A stretch of 64,000 nucleotides of DNA from the NCBI RefSeq assembly GCF_021869535.1, contig NW_026262626.1, forward strand, positions 124,001-188,000, in the 5' to 3' direction. The stretch's first letter is position 1. Each line of letters starts with the position of its first letter. Both the position numbers and the translations under genes were made by a program. The DNA is from Mytilus californianus (Eukaryota). Positions 51,951 to 64,000 of the stretch are shown here, in pieces. The notes under the pieces are model-generated. The model had not been told where the DNA came from, made no database searches, and was given only the letters and a program-made list of their open reading frames with translations.

Positions 51951-52476
51951 AAATATTTAAATATTTAACAATATGAGTGTTCTACTTTGAAGTTTTGGGT
52001 TTTTTCCAAGTGGTTTAAGTATGAAAAACAAAGCGTTAGGTAAACAAAGGATCCTGGTATTGTTTATTCTTAATCATTTAAGCGTTCCTAATTTTTTTGT
52101 CGCTAGTTAGCGTGCAAACTGAAAATATTTAAAGTACTCGTGTTTGAAAAACACCATCCTATTATTTTGTCATATGACATTGTATATTATCCACTTTTAC
52201 GATCGCGAAGTGCGTTATCATATAAAAATTAAATAATATATAATTTTTGTTTCGTTACGGGTTTATGCTATTTGAGCAGTCAATTTGCATTGACCGTATA
52301 ATCATTTGTGGTATACAGTCCCCGTATATCGCCTTGTTTATGACGTTGACAATGCGTTTCCGTAGAGTTTTATTTATGACGTCATTAAAAGGTACAGGTA
52401 CGCGGAATTCGCTCAAATTACAAAATGATGGTTTTTACTCTAAATATTTCATTTGGTACAGTAGTAAGAGCTGCAG

Positions 52477-52638
52477 TATATAAAGAATAATCATACATTG
52501 TCTCGAAATATAAATTTTATTTGTACTCGGCTCAAAAAAGAATAGAAGAGCTCGGCAAAGCCTCGCTTTCTACCTGTTTCTAAGCCTTGTACAAATAAAA
52601 TGTATATTTCGAGACAATGTATGGTTATTCTATATATA
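52477..52638. mobile_element. Short hairpin MITE with 42-50-bp near-perfect TIR
   Basis: GAATAATCATACATTGTCTCGAAATATAAATTTTATTTGTAC / GTACAAATAAAATGTATATTTCGAGACAATGTATGGTTATTC, 2 mismatches. Confidence 0.8.
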
Positions 52639-53226
52639 TTATGTTGTTTCTATATATAAAAACGCCATACTTTTGTTTAGAAAAAACGGGGCGTTCTACG
52701 TTTGTGACAATTTATCGTAACTTTGTGCCATTGATTATTCCTGTTTGAGCCAATGTAAGTTTAAATTGGCTGCTGAAGACAATGCACATAATGAATTGAA
52801 ATGAAATAACCATTTATTATTTTAATCATTTCGTAAAGGCCTATTATTATATGTCCAATATCCTTATACATGTAACAGGACGAGTAACTTTTCCCTAACA
52901 AGGTAAATTTCTACCTTGAGACTTGATAACTGTCTCTAATTGTACCAACAAAATAAACTATTTGAGGTTTACAATTATCTATTATGAACACCCTCTGTAA
53001 CTTAAAACTCAATTATTTCTGTTATTATGCATCTTTGGCTTTCAAATATTCGGCTTTAAGTGTTCCCGAAGAAGGTAAATCCAGAACGCTTCGAACGTAT
53101 GAAATTTATAACATGTTGTTATCAATTTTGTTTTAACAAGTGATGAACATTTACAAATGTATGTTTTGAATGTTGAAAAATATTGTACCTATTTTTATGC
53201 ATGCATTTAGTGAAATATGTCCAAAT

Positions 53227-53437
53227 TACTGTAGATTAATTTCTTTTCGTGGGTAAAAATTATCATGGATTGGGAAAACATTGTATGTTCGTGGATAATT
53301 GATTGAGAGGTTTTGGAATTGTTTGTATAGAAACCTATAGACAATTACACTTAATTGAACATTTAAATTCGTGGTTTCCCTATAGCCACGAAATCAATGA
53401 AAATTGGTAACATACGAATAAAAATGAATCCACAGTA
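53227..53437. mobile_element. TACTGTGGATTCATT MITE, copy 3 (diverged)
   Basis: TACTGTAGATTAATT / AATGAATCCACAGTA. Confidence 0.75.
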
Positions 53438-53699
53438 CTTGGTTTCTGTAATGACTTCAGGTTTCAATAGAAAAAAATATATCACTTTATTCACTTTTGT
53501 AAGTCAGCAACAACTCGTGTATTGACATGACATATCATTGATACTGTCATAATCTATAAATCAGTTGTAGTTGAATTGTTGAACTACTTTAACGCTTTTC
53601 CAACTCCGAGGTATATATAGCATATGCCTGATTTGGTGCAACTTTTTTGGAATAATTCGTCTTAACTGTTCATCGAGATTGATTTGGTCTTTTAAACTG

Positions 53700-53985
53700 T
53701 TTTCTTTTGAACGTTCATGATGAGCCTTAGGTACACGAAACGTGCATGTACCGCACTAAATATTAGCCTTGTATCTTGTATTTGATTATTTTGTTTGCAA
53801 CCACTGGTCCGATACCACTTGTCCGATACCACTGCCGGTGGACGTTTCGTCACCGAGGGTATAAATAGGCATGTGATCAGTACTCCTGTGCTACATGAAA
53901 TATCAATATTAAATGTCATTTAGCTAGATTTGGTACAATTTCTTTTGAACATTTTGGTTTTCAATGCTATGCAACTTCGTATCAG
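53700..53985 (+). mobile_element. Decayed retrozyme copy (12178 family)
   Basis: atgatgagccttaggtacacgaaacgtgc (mutated hammerhead) followed by gataccactgccggtggacgtttcgtcaccgagggtat. Confidence 0.6.
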
Positions 53986-55229
53986 ATGTCCCAATGATTT
54001 ATAAAAATTTTTATGTAAGCTATTTCTATCTTTTTAAAAGATGAGTAAGATGTGGTAAAATCTGTATCTCAGACTGCTTAGGTGAGGAGTAAAAATTTCT
54101 CAATATAAATAAGATATTTCAAAGAGGGACCCATCCATGTCAAAAACTCAAAGTAAATAATGTGCCCTTACACCAAGTCCTTGAAGGAGGTTATTAGGCA
54201 ACGACCAATCATCTTTTGAAGGGGGCATGAGATTTCTTCTAGGGACAAACATTTTGTTTTGTACTTTGATAAAAAAGAAACATCTTTTTTTCCGAACATA
54301 CACACATTTTGTATACCCCCTTATTTTCAGAGAAAACCAACTACTTTTTTCATTTCCTTTCAAAAACAATATATTTTCTGAAGAAATTAAGAATCAAACA
54401 ATTGAATTGAAATAGCCATGCCCACACCAAAACAAATGAATGGTTGGTGTCTTATTTGATCCTTTATTGATGTTTTCTGTACCTTATTTTATGTTTAAAT
54501 CGATAATTCACGCCTATGATATCATATGTTTCATGGTTTTTGGAAATTTAGTTACATTGTATATAAAAATATTTTTGAATTACTTTTTCTTTTAAAAGAA
54601 ATCCGATAAATCTTACATGTGTTTAATTATTACATATCATTACAAGAAAAATGTTTTGTGTGTACATAATATAAAACTATTATATATTTGGTTATATTCC
54701 AATTTTTAAAAATGGCTCTCATCCAATTATGTCACGAAAACTAGTGACAATGAACAATCTCAAATGGTGTCGTGTAATCAATAACCTTCCGATATTGCAG
54801 CAAGTCTATTTAAAGTGTGACACATATATTTAAATGCTTTAAATATAGATAAGGAAAATTTTCTGATATAAATACTTTTATAGATAAGCTTGACATTTCT
54901 GAAAAAGAATTAATTCCGTAATGGATATGATGTACTAGTGGTAGCCATGTATATTATAAAACCGTTGAATAAAATGAATTGCATATCTTTTATTGCAAAA
55001 CAAACTTTCAACTTATAACTTGTAACAGAAAAAAAAATGACAAAATTGTATGAAATAATATATAACGATGAAAACAATATTTATTTAGATCAACTCATAT
55101 GTAAATGTTCCCACGTACATGTTCCTTAATTAGATATGAATAAATGTAAAGAAGATATAGTGTCTACGCAATTTTGAAAAAAAAAAAAGAATTTAGAGCT
55201 AACTAGTCAGTAGACAGTTTCTATTTTTT

Positions 55230-58200
55230 GCATATACAAAAATAATAATTCCAGGATGATTTATGCTTGCTATGTTATTATAGAAATGTTCTTCAAATTC
55301 TACAGAGTTTAATAATTGAAGCTATGTTACTTAAATTTTATGTCAAATCGTCATTTTTACGAACGAAAGACTTTAAAGGAATATCATTCTAAAATTAACT
55401 TGCGTTTCCAAGAAAAGATATACATTATTTTGCTACTTTCAATATGACGGCTAAAATTAGGAACCTTCTCATATTTTTTCAGTGCAATATTGGTTTAAAA
55501 AAATCCTATCACGTGCCTTGTAAAATCAATATAAAATAGTGCGCTTATAGAAAAGCTCGTATTACAACATTTATCAACATGGACTCTGCAGAGGTAAGGA
55601 TTACTGCATAAATTGTAAAAAGGGACTGTATTTGAAATTAAAAAAAAACTACTTGTATAATTTGAGGAAATAATAGTCAAGCAAACAGTTGAAAATTATT
55701 TTTCTCACCATAACTATATGGTTAGTTGATAGTCTTGAAAATGGAAAACTATTTTTAAACAATATTTGAAATTCTTTGAAAAGAGAAGGGAAGGCAAAAC
55801 GGAACAAAATTCAAAAATTACAAAATATTAAAAAATCAACGACTTGAATATATCAAGTTAAAAAAAATGTTGGCTTATACAACTAATAGACTCTCTAAAA
55901 ATATGAGGACCATGCATACTTTATTGGTTCCTAGTGAAGTAACTGAATAAATATCATAATACAAATATTTTTAGGATGTCGATTCAAAAATAAAATTAAT
56001 GCTTTAAAGTAAAAGAAATGTAATGTAAATTATAAAACGGGCTGTCCATTTAAAGTGTTGTTACTTCAAGATTGTATGAGTATGAACAAGAACAAGTAAA
56101 TTAAAGAAAAATAAATATGAAAAAAAAATGCAAAAAATGTAACCTCTTATGTAAAATTAGATAATTACAAGGAAAAACAAGTGAATATGATAAGTCGATG
56201 GGTGGGGTTGAACTTATCAATTATAGCACAAGCTGAAAATCAGATAAAAAATATTTGTGTTATTTCATATTATGTTAACATATTAATATGATGCAGATAA
56301 ACAGATATGAGGCAAACCCCGATTTAAAACATATTATGCAAAATACATGTAAACATTCAAGATAACTAACGTGATGTCCCATGATGCTTATTTTTATCAT
56401 ATACTTAAATCTATTTTAAATCCTGCATTTGTATTTAATATAAACTCAATCAAATATCCCATTACATATGGTATTCCCCAAACTCCAGTAAAGTATAAAC
56501 CAATCGTTTTCTTTAAATCCCGGCGGATATTGAAACTTAATATTATAAAAAAATATATGTGCTTTTTGTATTACATATAAATATCAAGAAATGAGTCACA
56601 TTGTACATATGTAATCATATCTAATTAAGCGAAAGCTAATTACCAAGAATTATACCACTAACAGAGTCATTTAAAGAACATGCGACACAAAAGGAAAGAC
56701 AATAATACATGTACTTTAAGAGTTGCATAATATTCAAAAAATCAGCAAGAGAGAATTTAAGTATAAAAAGTCATCTATTTTACCCCAGATATTAAGGGAG
56801 TAACATACCGCAGTGTCTTTGCCTGTTTTGATCTTGATGCAACAACATTTATTTTAAAAACTACTAATTTTATTTGTCTTTCGACAACAGGTATGTTTCA
56901 GCGGATATATATCCACTTGCGCCAAAAATGCGTTTCTTTGCGCCAATGCTACCGTTGCTCCTCTTATTTTTAAAATACAATGCATTATATTTGCACCAAA
57001 AATGAAGTATATTATTGCGCTTATTCGGATATAAAATCTTGTTTTATAATTTTGATAAACTACTTATTAAGCGATCTTTAAAATGCCTTTTCTCAGCATA
57101 TTGATATTGTTAGTAGAATGGTATACAAAAGTGCCAGGACATCTAAAAATCCAAACATCAAATATTCGAAATTCTTAACACGAGGAAAGAGAATGAAAAA
57201 TAAAAAATACAAAACCAAAAATAAAAAATAAAATTTGAGGATTAGCTGGGATATTTCACTCCAGTATAATATATAGCACGTGTAAGCAACACAATATTTG
57301 TATACAAATTATATCTTCAGTAATAACTCTTCAGAAAAATATTTCATCGGTAACATTAAAAAAACTGCAAAAAGTTATGAGTTGAACTGTTAATATTAAA
57401 ATCGGACCAGAAATAATTTTTTTGCAATTTTTTTAAAAATTGTGTTTTTATGTGAAATAATCAGCATAATTTTCGGGATGTGAAACACTTTAAATCACTC
57501 ACTGTAGTAGAACAACACTAAGGAATTTCTCCAATGATATGGTTTTTTGAAAGAATACATTTCCATACTTTTCATATACAAAAATACTAATTCCAAGATT
57601 TGTCACATCTGTTGAGAATATATATACTAAATCAACTATACGTCCAACATTATTTACATCATTCACAAACATTTTTACAAAATGTTAATGACAAGGTTAA
57701 ACTACATTTGAAAAATATCCATAGTATATTTTTAAATGTATACACGGTTATTATTTTTTTTACAACCAAATAGGAAGGAAAACATTTGACCCGGTATAAG
57801 CTTGTGTTTATTTTTTTTCTTTAAAAAATTAAGATATTCTTCAAATTCTACAAAGAAGATTATGGAACCTCTGTCACCTTAAAAGTTTGTTGAATCGTCA
57901 TTTTTTTTTAACGTAAGATTTTGAAAGAATATTTTTTTCATATTAACTTGCTCTTCCAAGTATACATATAAAATCGTAACTTTCGATATGATGGCTAAAA
58001 TAAGAACCTTATAATAGGTTTACAGTTCAATAGAATGACCGGGAAACATCACGTGTGTTGAAATCAATATAAATCATGTTCATATAAAAGGGAACTCCTC
58101 ATATTATTACAGTTACAACATTAATTAACATGGACTCTGCAGAGGTAAGGAATGTTGTATAAGATTGTCAAAACGGACCGCATTTGATCTTTTAAATGTA

Positions 58201-61000
58201 GTTGTATAATTTTGAGGAAATAAAAATCAAGCAAATGTTTGAAAAATATTTCTTTCACCATATTGATATGACTTAAAAAGTGCCAGGGTAGCTAAAAATC
58301 TTTTGATACAACCTTTAAAACTTTTGATATAAGGAACGAGAATGCCTTAAAGACCCCCCCCCCCCCCCCTTAAAAAATCAGCGAGATCAATATTTCAAGT
58401 GGTCATTTTTTGACATTAAAACTAAAGGACTCTGAAAATATGGGGACTATCCATTCTCAATTGGTTCTGAGTGACCTACATGTTATTGAATGACTATTGT
58501 TGCAGTACAATTATTTTTGAAATATGGTTTTAAAAATATAAATGTTAGAATTTTAGAACGTGAAATTAAAGAATTAAGGAAAAGAAAAAGGAACAAATGT
58601 AATGTAAATAATTTAACTGAGGTACATATAAAACATATATAGTATTACTTCAATATTTTGTAAGTATGAACAAGAACAAGTGAATTAAAGAAGAACAAAG
58701 ATAAAAGAATGCACAGAATGTAACTACTAACTTTAAAATAAAATAAATGAAAAGAATAAAAAGTAAATGATGGGGTATTGACACAAGATGAAAAATTAGA
58801 ACAAAATATTTGTTTTTACTTCATATTATATTAAAATTAAGAAAATAAGATGCGGATTAAAGGTTGTTAAACAAAAACCAAAAGAACACAAATTATACCA
58901 ACATAGTTATTCAAGTTCACTAACGCGAGATCCCAAGATGCATTTGTTTACTTATATACTTAAAACTGGGTCATGACTCTTTTTACATTCTTGACGTATA
59001 AGCTATATAGACTCAATCAAAATCCTGATTTCCTTATTCTCCCACCTCCAGTCAAATGCAATCCAATCGTTATTCTCTAAATCCCGGCGGATGTCGAAGC
59101 TTAATAAAAAAAATTATAAAGATTGTTAGTTTTATTTTATATAAATAACTTGGGTGTACCTATAGTCATATTCAATCAAGCGGAAGCTAATTACCAAGAA
59201 TGAAACAATTAAAAGACGACATTTAAAGAATGTGTGACACAAGAGGAAAGACTACAAGTTGAATAATATTTAAAAATAGACAAGACTCAATTCATATATG
59301 AAAGGTCATCTATTTTACACCGAGAGTCTAAGGAAGTAACATTCCGCAATGTTTTTGTTTTTATCTTGATAATATTATAAGTTCACAAAATACTAATTTC
59401 ATTTCTTCCAACCACTAGTATGTTTTCGGTTGTGATATCCAATTGTGCTAAAATAGTATACGTAATGGTGCGCTCAAAATGCGTTACTTTTGCCGCAAAA
59501 CTCATTTGCACCAATGCTACCGTTACGTCCCTTATTTTCAAAGTACCCAGTACTATTTGCACCAAAAAAATAAGTATATATTTACGCCTATTTGTATATA
59601 AAACCTTCATGTATAGTTTTGACGAAATACAGGTCGATTGAAACTTTTCTTTTCTGGCCATATTGATTTGGTTAGTCGATGGACAAAAAAAGTGACAGGA
59701 TAAATAAAAATATTTATATACAATATTTGAATTTTTTTATATAAGGAAAGAGAATGCCAAAAAAAAAAACAACAAAAAAACAAAAAATAAAACATAAACC
59801 CCAAAGTATAAAATTGGCGACATAAATATTAAAAAAAATTAAAACAAACCTTTGTAAATTTCATGCGTCCGACGCTTTTCTGGATATACCTTCATCAGGT
59901 AATCAAATGATCATTTTTTGGCATTCGAAACTAAAGACTCTCTGACAATATTAGGACAATGCATTCTCTAATGTTTGGAAGTGATGAAATTGATTAGGTT
60001 TTGTAATAAAAGTATTCTTTTCGATATTGAATAAAAAAATAAATTTAGGAATTTGTTTAATGACTCTTGAATGTAAGATATAGCTATCAGTATTAGTGAA
60101 AAGGAAAATGAACTGTTATGTAAATAATTTAAGGGGCGGCACATATAAAGTGTTGCTACTTCCAAGATTGTATACATACAAACGAGAAAACTTATTACAA
60201 TAATTTAACGAAAAACAAAAATAAAAAATACACAAAGTATAGCTCCTAAATGTAATAAAAAAGAAACGAAAAGTAAATAAAATAAAGAGTTTTGTTATAA
60301 AATCCGTACAATAATCCTTCTTAAATCCTGGACTTATATTCTAATATATACTCAATCAAAATCCTGATTTCCCTATTCTCCCACCTCCAGTTAAGTGCAA
60401 ACCAATCGTTATCCTCTAAATCCCGGCGGATATTGAAACATTAAAATTACATCTTAAGAGTATTGTTACATATAAATAACACGAAATGGGAACTAATTAC
60501 CAAGAATGAAATAATTAATAGTCGTCATTTAAAGAACTTGTGATACAAAAGCAAAGACAATAATACATGTACTTTACAAGTTGCGTAATATTTAAAAATC
60601 AGTAAGAAAGAATTCAAATATGAAGGGTCATCTGTTTTACCCCAAGAGTTTAAGGTAGTAAAATTCCGCAATGACAATGCCTGTTTAATCATGATACAAG
60701 TATCTCTCGATTCATTTTACAAAGCCTTTAGAGCAAAATTTATTTGGCTTCCTACCACAAATATATTTTCGACAGCGATATACCTTTGCGCCAAAAATGC
60801 GTTCTTTTGCGCCATATCTCGTTTGTGTCAATGTTACTGTTGAGCATCTTATTTTATAAATTACCTTGTATTATTTACAGTACAGATGAAATATACCTTT
60901 GCGCCTATTCGGATGTAAATAAAACAATGAGTCTACACACACATTAAAGACCGACAATTTACACTTGCTTGAAGACTGATTTTTAAAGCTTTTTTCAACG
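55230..61000 (+). repeat. Old tandem duplication array: 1.3-1.4-kb core x3, promoter/exon block x2
   Basis: Collinear landmarks recur, e.g. TAAATCCCGGCGGAT at 56514, 59078, 60417; CTAATTACCAAGAA at about 56636, 59187, 60492; GTATGAACAAGAACAAGT at about 56080 and 58663. Confidence 0.8.
55579..55593 (+). CDS. Candidate micro first coding exon MDSAE (copy A)
   Basis: aacATGGACTCTGCAGAG|GTAAGG; upstream CACGTG and TATA-like CAATATAAAA; 25 nt identical to copy B. Confidence 0.5.
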
Positions 61001-62165
61001 TACATATTTTTCGGATTTATGTCAACTTCTTACGGCTATTGCGTGTGTACTTAACAGTTTAATTAAGGACCTTTGAAAAATAAAAGTTGGCGCAAATAAC
61101 ATATCGTAACAAAACAGAAATTAACGCTAATGTATGCATAAATGGCAAGCCGTTTTAGTATTCATTCATTCTCATATAATATATAAGATATCTCATATAA
61201 TATATAAGATATCTTATATAATCTAGTTTTTATAAGATATCTTCTACATGTAAACTTTATAAGATACCTTCTAAATTTGATAAAAGGGATAAGTCCTTAG
61301 ACATATATAAGAAAAAGAAGATTTGGTATAACTGCAAATGAGACAAATATCAACCAGAGTCCATATGACGTGAATGTAGACATCTATAGGTCGCCGTTCG
61401 AAGTAAATCTTTTATTTTCACCACCAAACGTCATACAGCAACAACTGTTGGCAAAACGTTGTCAAGAAGGTTGCATCAAACGAAATAGAAAACGCTATGG
61501 AAAAGATATAGATCCTTTGATTTTTTACTTAATTTACAATATATCAATGTTATAAAAATTCATATTATCGAACATCACTATTATCCACAAGCACATATTA
61601 TTGAACAGATGCGTTGTTCGATCACTCGTTGAATATTTATCTTGAATTGTTGCATTTTGAAACAAAAGAAATCATTACTGAGTAGTGAGTTTATATATTG
61701 AGTCCATAGCGTCGAATCATATTGCTGAAGAAGGATTAAGGTTAGTATTGTCCAAAATAATTTCCCAGACAAAGGGCAAAATTTATAAAAGAGTTATAAA
61801 CTCCCTACGTGAATGAGAAAATGGAAATTATTGATCCCTTCTGCTTGTAGTTTATATCAATTGTCCGAAGCGCTTTTCTGGCTAAACCTTCACCAAGAAC
61901 GATATAGTTGAGTATGATACCTTGTGAGCTAGAATTAAAATAGAATCAAACTGTGCAGGTCTAATACCTTGAAGTACATTAATATACGGTAAACTGGTTA
62001 TAAAAATATATCTCGCTCTAAATATGCCAAAAATGTTTGCTAATGGACATAAATATTTTGTCCTGTTTCTAGGAACCACAAAGTGCAGCCCAACCAGACG
62101 ACATTGTAGCTGTGAAGTTTACGACTAAGTTCGATAATTTGATTCCAGCGCTATCAATATTTAAG
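58130..62165 (+). CDS. Candidate divergent aromatic amino acid hydroxylase (PAH/TPH-like ACT domain) gene, exons 1-2; remainder beyond the window
   Basis: Exon 58130-58144 (MDSAE, phase 0, GTAAGG). Exon 62073-62165 (ttttgtcctgtttctag| 93 nt open |GTATAG) = EPQSAAQPDDIVAVKFTTKFDNLIPALSIFK, resembling TPH/[25 protein letters not shown] and ending at the same phase-0 intron. Confidence 0.5.
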
Positions 62166-62959
62166 GTATAGTAATTATTTACTAAATACATAAAGAGCGA
62201 ACGATGAGCATGTCTGTATAACCATGGAATTAAAATGTCAATATAATACTTCCAGGGTATTGCTCACTAATGAGTTTAACATATGTGGTCCTACCTATAC
62301 TGGCAAGCAGAACCCGTATTGAAACATCTTGCGTTAGTTATACTATGAAATAGTACGATAAAGAAAGGCAGACATTTTCTGTTAGAGCATTGCACACAAC
62401 GATAAGCAAATACGCAAGTAAACTTTTTTTCTTTAGTTGCAATTAATTTCAAGTCTTGCTTATTTTTTTTTTCTAAATTCACATAATTCTAATTGAAAAA
62501 TATTTGATGCAAAATCGCCGTTTAAAATTATTTGTAACCATGAAAACGGACAAGGTAGAAATACAATTGATAGTCAAGTCTTACTACCATGATAGTTGTT
62601 TGATTTTCACAGAGTAATGGTCAAAATTCGTTCTTTTCCTTTTTAAAATTGATGGAAAATGTAAATACTAAAATGCCATCAAAGATCAATCTGCCATCAA
62701 CAACAAATTCCTTAAAGTTCAAAACAGAAGTTATAACATATACATGGCAATGTGACAGGGTTATGTTTGTTTTTGAGCACTGATAACCCACCTAAATCTC
62801 GATTACCTGAATAACAATATGTACGTACAATACGAATCAGGTCAGAGCACATAACTCGGTGATTAATGTTTTGGGGACAACAAAAAGTAAACATTACCGT
62901 ATCAAATTATGATAAAAGTAACTGAAAGCTATCTAAAATATTCAAACTTTTGATAACAT

Positions 62960-63030
62960 ATGCACTCAAATCAATGCCATTGATATCCGAGCAGATTTCA
63001 TACAGCAATTTCATTAACGACAAGAAAGAC
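62960..63030 (-). promoter_or_regulatory. SECIS-like hairpin in an orphan Naiad 3' UTR fragment (third subfamily)
   Basis: Minus strand ATGAA (63014-63010), 11 nt, AAA, ATCT/GGAT mini-stem, ATGGCAT arm, TGAT (62973-62970); preceded by family motif GGCATTGCACAAG. Confidence 0.6.
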
Positions 63031-63779
63031 ACGATCTTGTGCAATGCCCAACGTAAATCGTTTTGGAATGACCGTTTCTAAAAAAAGAAAATAAATCGCA
63101 GAGTGTTTTCCCTAGTTTTGAAGCACAATATTTGTTTTTTTCTGTACGGATTTTGAAGAAGGTTTTTACCTCTGCAGAGTTTATAAAAATTATGTTCTAA
63201 AGTTAAAGGACCCCAACTGGTTGCCGTGAATTTCTTATGAAAATTTCTGACTGCTTCTTACAATCAATCTTTTATGGTAGTTTGAAGGACACAGTTTGCA
63301 TTAAGTTTAAAAGGTTTTTCCCCTATCAGTCTGTAATATGAATTGAATAGCTCTCACTTTTTGTTATAGTATTTGCTTAGTTTTCCCTGTTGCCATGTTT
63401 GTTTCACTTGGTTAATCCTGGAAAGTATCACATTTTTCAAACGAGCAAACGCGACAATACAACCTGATGCAAAATGTTACCTATGTATCTTACATACGTT
63501 TTTTGTAACATGCAGCCGAAAGCATGATGATATGAAAAGGTACAAAGTACCCCTAGTTCTTGATCAGTATTTATCATACAGACAGAAAATTTATGCTTAT
63601 TTTTTAAACTTCTTAAGTAGAAAATAGTTTAGTATTTTCATTCTGCACATTTCGTATGACTTAATTGAAGTCAGTAAGCATTGATGCAAAGTTATTGGAA
63701 GTTTCTATGATTTTTTTTTTATCTAATAATGTTAGAACATTTACATATTTGATGGTGTTCGTTAATCATAATTTCGTTT

Positions 63780-64000
63780 GACAACAGTACTTCAACGCAT
63801 GTTCTCTGTAGATGTTCAGTGGCTGTCGTTTGTTGATGTGGTTCATAAGTGTTTCTCGTTTCTCGTTTTTTATACAGGTTAGACCGTTGGTTTTCCTGTT
63901 TGCATGGTTTTACACTAGTCATTTTTGGGGCCCTTTATAGCTTGCTTGTCGGTGTGAGCCAATGCTCCGTGTTGAAAGCCGTACTTTGACTTATAACGGT
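63780..64000 (+). mobile_element. 3' tail of the 40316-43487 Naiad family, cut by the window end
   Basis: gtgtttctcgttt..gaccgttggttttc..ggggccctttatagcttgct..gagccaatgctccgtgttgaa matches 43270-43410. Confidence 0.85.

Noticed and set aside
59860-59900. Hammerhead-like remnants here and at about 53060, 61865, 38925 and 33300
   Set aside because: Core or stem III mutated in each; not called as functional ribozymes.
61581-61772. Minus-strand 63-aa ORF with a hydrophobic start (possible secreted peptide)
   Set aside because: Non-ATG start, no clear cleavage site or Cys framework; not supportable.
63166-63182. Third copy of the MDSAE exon motif (ACTCTGCAGAGGTAA on the minus strand)
   Set aside because: No ATG or upstream promoter homology; it sits in repeat-like sequence and looks coincidental.

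Overview
AT-rich eukaryotic genomic DNA with spliceosomal introns; gene structure and repeat families point to a bivalve mollusc, probably a Mytilus-type mussel (inference). Genes: (1) last two coding exons of a PM20D2-like M20 amidohydrolase (+, 5352-7228); (2) a complete 13-exon phenylalanine hydroxylase (PAH, -, 10348-28655, 468 aa, all introns GT-AG and in phase); (3) an intronless 2OG-Fe(II) dioxygenase of the IPNS/DIOX_N type (+, 35303-36295), head-to-head with PAH; (4) a candidate second, divergent aromatic amino acid hydroxylase-like gene missed by the ORF track (+; micro first exon MDSAE present twice, at 55579 and 58130, and an ACT-like exon at 62073-62165), running off the window end. 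The rest is mostly mobile DNA: Naiad-type Penelope-like retroelements, a hammerhead-ribozyme retrozyme, many MITEs/foldbacks and local tandem duplications. Most striking signal: the Naiad copy at about 40316-43487 has exactly two in-frame stops, both TGA and both at conserved Cys positions (CxC linker read as UxC, and NNVVVV-U), followed by a canonical-looking SECIS hairpin. A second Naiad subfamily (3643-3709) and an orphan fragment (62960-63030) carry diverged SECIS hairpins with the same geometry. This points to selenocysteine-encoding retrotransposons dispersing SECIS elements through the genome.
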